A DNA stretch of 64,000 nt from assembly GCA_950097015.1 (NCBI GenBank), contig CATNEN010000015.1:1550001-1614000 (forward strand), given 5' to 3'. Made by a program: the position numbers and the translations under genes. The stretch is from Macrostomum hystrix (lineage: Eukaryota; Animalia; Platyhelminthes). Shown one piece after another: positions 61,301 through 64,000 of the stretch (within the stretch, counting starts at the first letter, position 1; every line of letters begins with the position of its first letter). A model generated the notes under the pieces. That model was not told the DNA's origin, did not search any database, and was given only the letters and a program-made list of their open reading frames with translations.

Positions 61301-62015
61301 TGATTGAGCTAAGTAGGCCTACTTAATCAGTAAATTAAAAGGTCTAGTTGTTTATAATTTTTACTGTCGCTGAGATTTAGAAATTTATATTTAATGACTA
61401 AACAATATATGTTGCCTTCAGGCGATTTGATTACTAACCAGCACAATTTTTTCTACTCAAGACACAATTTAGGATTATAAAAATACAAAGGATAAATTCA
61501 CAAAAAACTTTGAAACGGGATGGAAACAGCTATACTTGGTCAGTGATCAGTCGCAGCAAAACAGCGGTAAACTTTAGGAAAAACTTGTTTGAAATTTGCA
61601 ACTTAAAACAAAATACTCGTGTGTTATAAAAAACTGCAATAAAAAACCCAGACATAGTTTTTGAAGCTAAAAAAAAATTTAAATCACTTAATAAATAGAT
61701 TTTCTAACAGTTGTTGTGCAGCTAAATTGTTTTTATTACGGAGTTTCTGCAGTAAAACAAAAGGAAGATTATTTTTTTGTCATAGAAAATAGAGAGCAAA
61801 AGAGCACTAAAGTTTGGTGAAAAATTAACTTGCTATTGTTTGCAAGCTTTACGAGCTGGAATAAAAACAATAACGGTAGTAACTATGTGATTTGCGTGTT
61901 ACTTAGTTTAAAAATTATATAATAACACCACTCATGTAAGCGCTTGCATATACAGTTAAAATATTAAATAGTAAAGTTCATACTTCAGTAAAACTATCAC
62001 GTTCTCTAGTGGAAG

Positions 62016-63966
62016 ATGTCACACACAAGAACCTATAACCCATCCGTACGGGTGGGAAATTGGTTTGAGGACTGCAAACTGGAAGAGGTATGACTTTATG
62101 AGATTGGCGATTGCCGCTAAATCACTTTAAAATTTTTTTTTTATTTTTTCTCTCTATTGAATCGAAACCTCAATTAAAAAGTATAATAGTAACTAGCTAA
62201 TAATGAAGATATTATATCATTTGACACATAGAATATAGTTACTCTCGAAGCAGATTGACAATTAGTTGTGAATATGATTTTTTGTTTTTTGTTTTCCTCT
62301 TTTTAGGTAATTAAAATAAATAATTTTTTGCTCAATTTTAAAGGAATTTATATTGACCGAATAGTTTGCTTGACATTTGAAATTAACTTAATAAATTTAT
62401 AGGACACCATCAAGAACTTTCTAGAGAAGAAGGAGCGCGGAGAGCTTTTATCACAGAAGGTTGGCAATCTATACAAGTCTGTGTCTTCAACATCAGCTTC
62501 CGGTACAGATGTGAGCAGAACTTTCATGGCATTTTTATCAAACTGGGGCAGAAAGTCAATGGATTTGTTGGAAAGTCAGAGTTGGACAGCTCATGTCAAG
62601 TAATTAAACGCACCTGCAGACCAGCGCCGCCCTGAGCACTTCCCACGACGGCCTGCTCCACTTCGGCGATCGAATTCAGCTGCGAAATCCTGGCGCCGAT
62701 GCCGCCCTCGTCCGGCTCGGCCGCAGCCAGACCCGCTGCCCGTCCGTGCTGAGCGTCTCCATTGGCGAGGAGGTGCTGAGCAGCCCTGCCGGGGCCCTGC
62801 CCGACCCGAGTCCCGCCTCCGCTGCCCAGTCCTGCCAGGCAATGGGCCGCAACGTCTTCACCGTCGTCAGCGTTGACGGCACACCGGAAGGCAAGCCGGT
62901 GGCCTTCAACCAGCCCTTCCAGCTGATGACGCACTCCAGTCTTGGAGCGCCGGTGTGTGCTGCTTGAGAAATTCGTTTTTTGGGGGATCTGCCGACCCAC
63001 AGGGGACCCACCGGTTAGAAACTAATTGAGGCTGAGGCTAAAGGATTCAATATTCACTAAATTATCAGGGGCTGACCCATCAGTAAGTCTCTGAAGTGGC
63101 TGACCAGAAAGTTACTAGAGGCTGACACACAGAAGTTACTAGAGGCTGTCTCACAGAAGTTACTAGAGGCTGTCTCACAGAAGTTACTAGAGGCTGACAC
63201 ACAGAATTTACTAGAGGCTGACACACAGAAGTTACTAGAGGCTGTCTCACAGAAGTTACTAGAGGCTGTCTCACAGAAGTTACTAGAGGCTGTCTCACAG
63301 AAGTTATTAGAGGCTGACACACAGAAGTTACTAGAGGCTGTCTCACAGAAGTTACTAGAGGCTGACACACAGAATTTACTAGAGGCTGACACACAGACGT
63401 TACTAGAGGCTGTCTCACAGAAGTTACTAGAGGCTGTCTCACAGAAGTTACTAGAGCCTGACACACAGAAGTTACTAGAGGCTGACACACAGAAGTTACT
63501 AGAGGCTGACACACAGAAGTTACTAGAGGCTGACACACAGAAGTTACTAGAGGCTGACACACAGAAGTTACTAGAGGCTGACACACAGAAGTTACTAGAG
63601 GCTGACACACAGAAGTTACTAGAGGCTGACACACAGAAGTTACTAGAGGCTGACACACAGAAGTTACTAGAGACTGACACACAGAAGTTACTAGAGGCTG
63701 TCTCACAGAAGTTACTGAAGACTATCATACTGATATAAGTTTATTCTCTTTAGCCTCGATCCTGTCAATCATCAGAATGCAAAGCATTGCGAACCTCCAC
63801 ACCGCAGATGTACTTGTCTTCGGATCGTGTGAAGTTCGGCGACACGCCCCGCAAGCACGGCAAGCAGATTGTGCAGTTCACAGCCGAGAGCAGCTTCCTG
63901 ACTCACTGGCGGGCCGAGTACTTCAATCCACAGCTGCGCATGGAATACGAGGGCGCGCCGATTCCG
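62016..63966 (+). CDS. CFAP161: Cilia- and flagella-associated protein 161 (partial; continues beyond the window)
   Basis: Exons 62016-62087, 62403-62510, 62620-62952, 63808-63966. YNPSVRVGNWFED, FLEKKERGELL, DGLLHFGDRIQL, GRNVFTVVSV, MYLSSDR and NPQLRMEYEGAPIP match human CFAP161 as recalled. Confidence 0.9.
63098..63717. repeat. 24-bp minisatellite in CFAP161 intron 3
   Basis: Unit GAAGTTACTAGAGGCTGACACACA / ...GTCTCACA, about 26 copies. Confidence 0.96.
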
Positions 63967-64000
63967 GTAGGTCAATATAATCACTTTTGCAAGCCTCAAA

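Overview
Eukaryotic animal genomic DNA with GC-rich exons, short or minisatellite-filled GT-AG introns and tRNA-derived SINEs. The style suggests a free-living flatworm such as Macrostomum lignano (inference, not verified). Hand-spliced genes: (1) the last two exons of an unidentified + strand gene; (2) CSTF3/CstF-77 (+, 9 exons, about 751 aa) with five introns filled by minisatellites; (3) a 27-exon, about 8,000 aa secreted gel-forming mucin / hemolectin / SCO-spondin-superfamily protein (-) with signal peptide, EMI-like, EGF, 3x VWD-C8-TIL, LDLa, about 20 divergent discoidin (F5/8C)-like modules alternating with Thr-rich linkers, and a C-terminal cystine knot; (4) a small ubiquitin-like ORF lacking di-Gly; (5) NCBP1/CBP80 (-, 12 exons, about 882 aa); (6) the 5' part of CFAP161 (+), head-to-head with NCBP1. 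Mobile DNA: two SINE families sharing a 3' tail (one with a CORE-like domain), a deleted mariner inserted in a SINE A-box, a 3-kb long-TIR element carrying a PHD finger, and a nested palindromic element. The most interesting items are the discoidin-studded giant mucin, a candidate autoregulatory intronic poly(A) site in CSTF3, and a shared core motif among otherwise unrelated minisatellites. All splicing, domain and family calls were made by eye from recalled family features; no searches were run.
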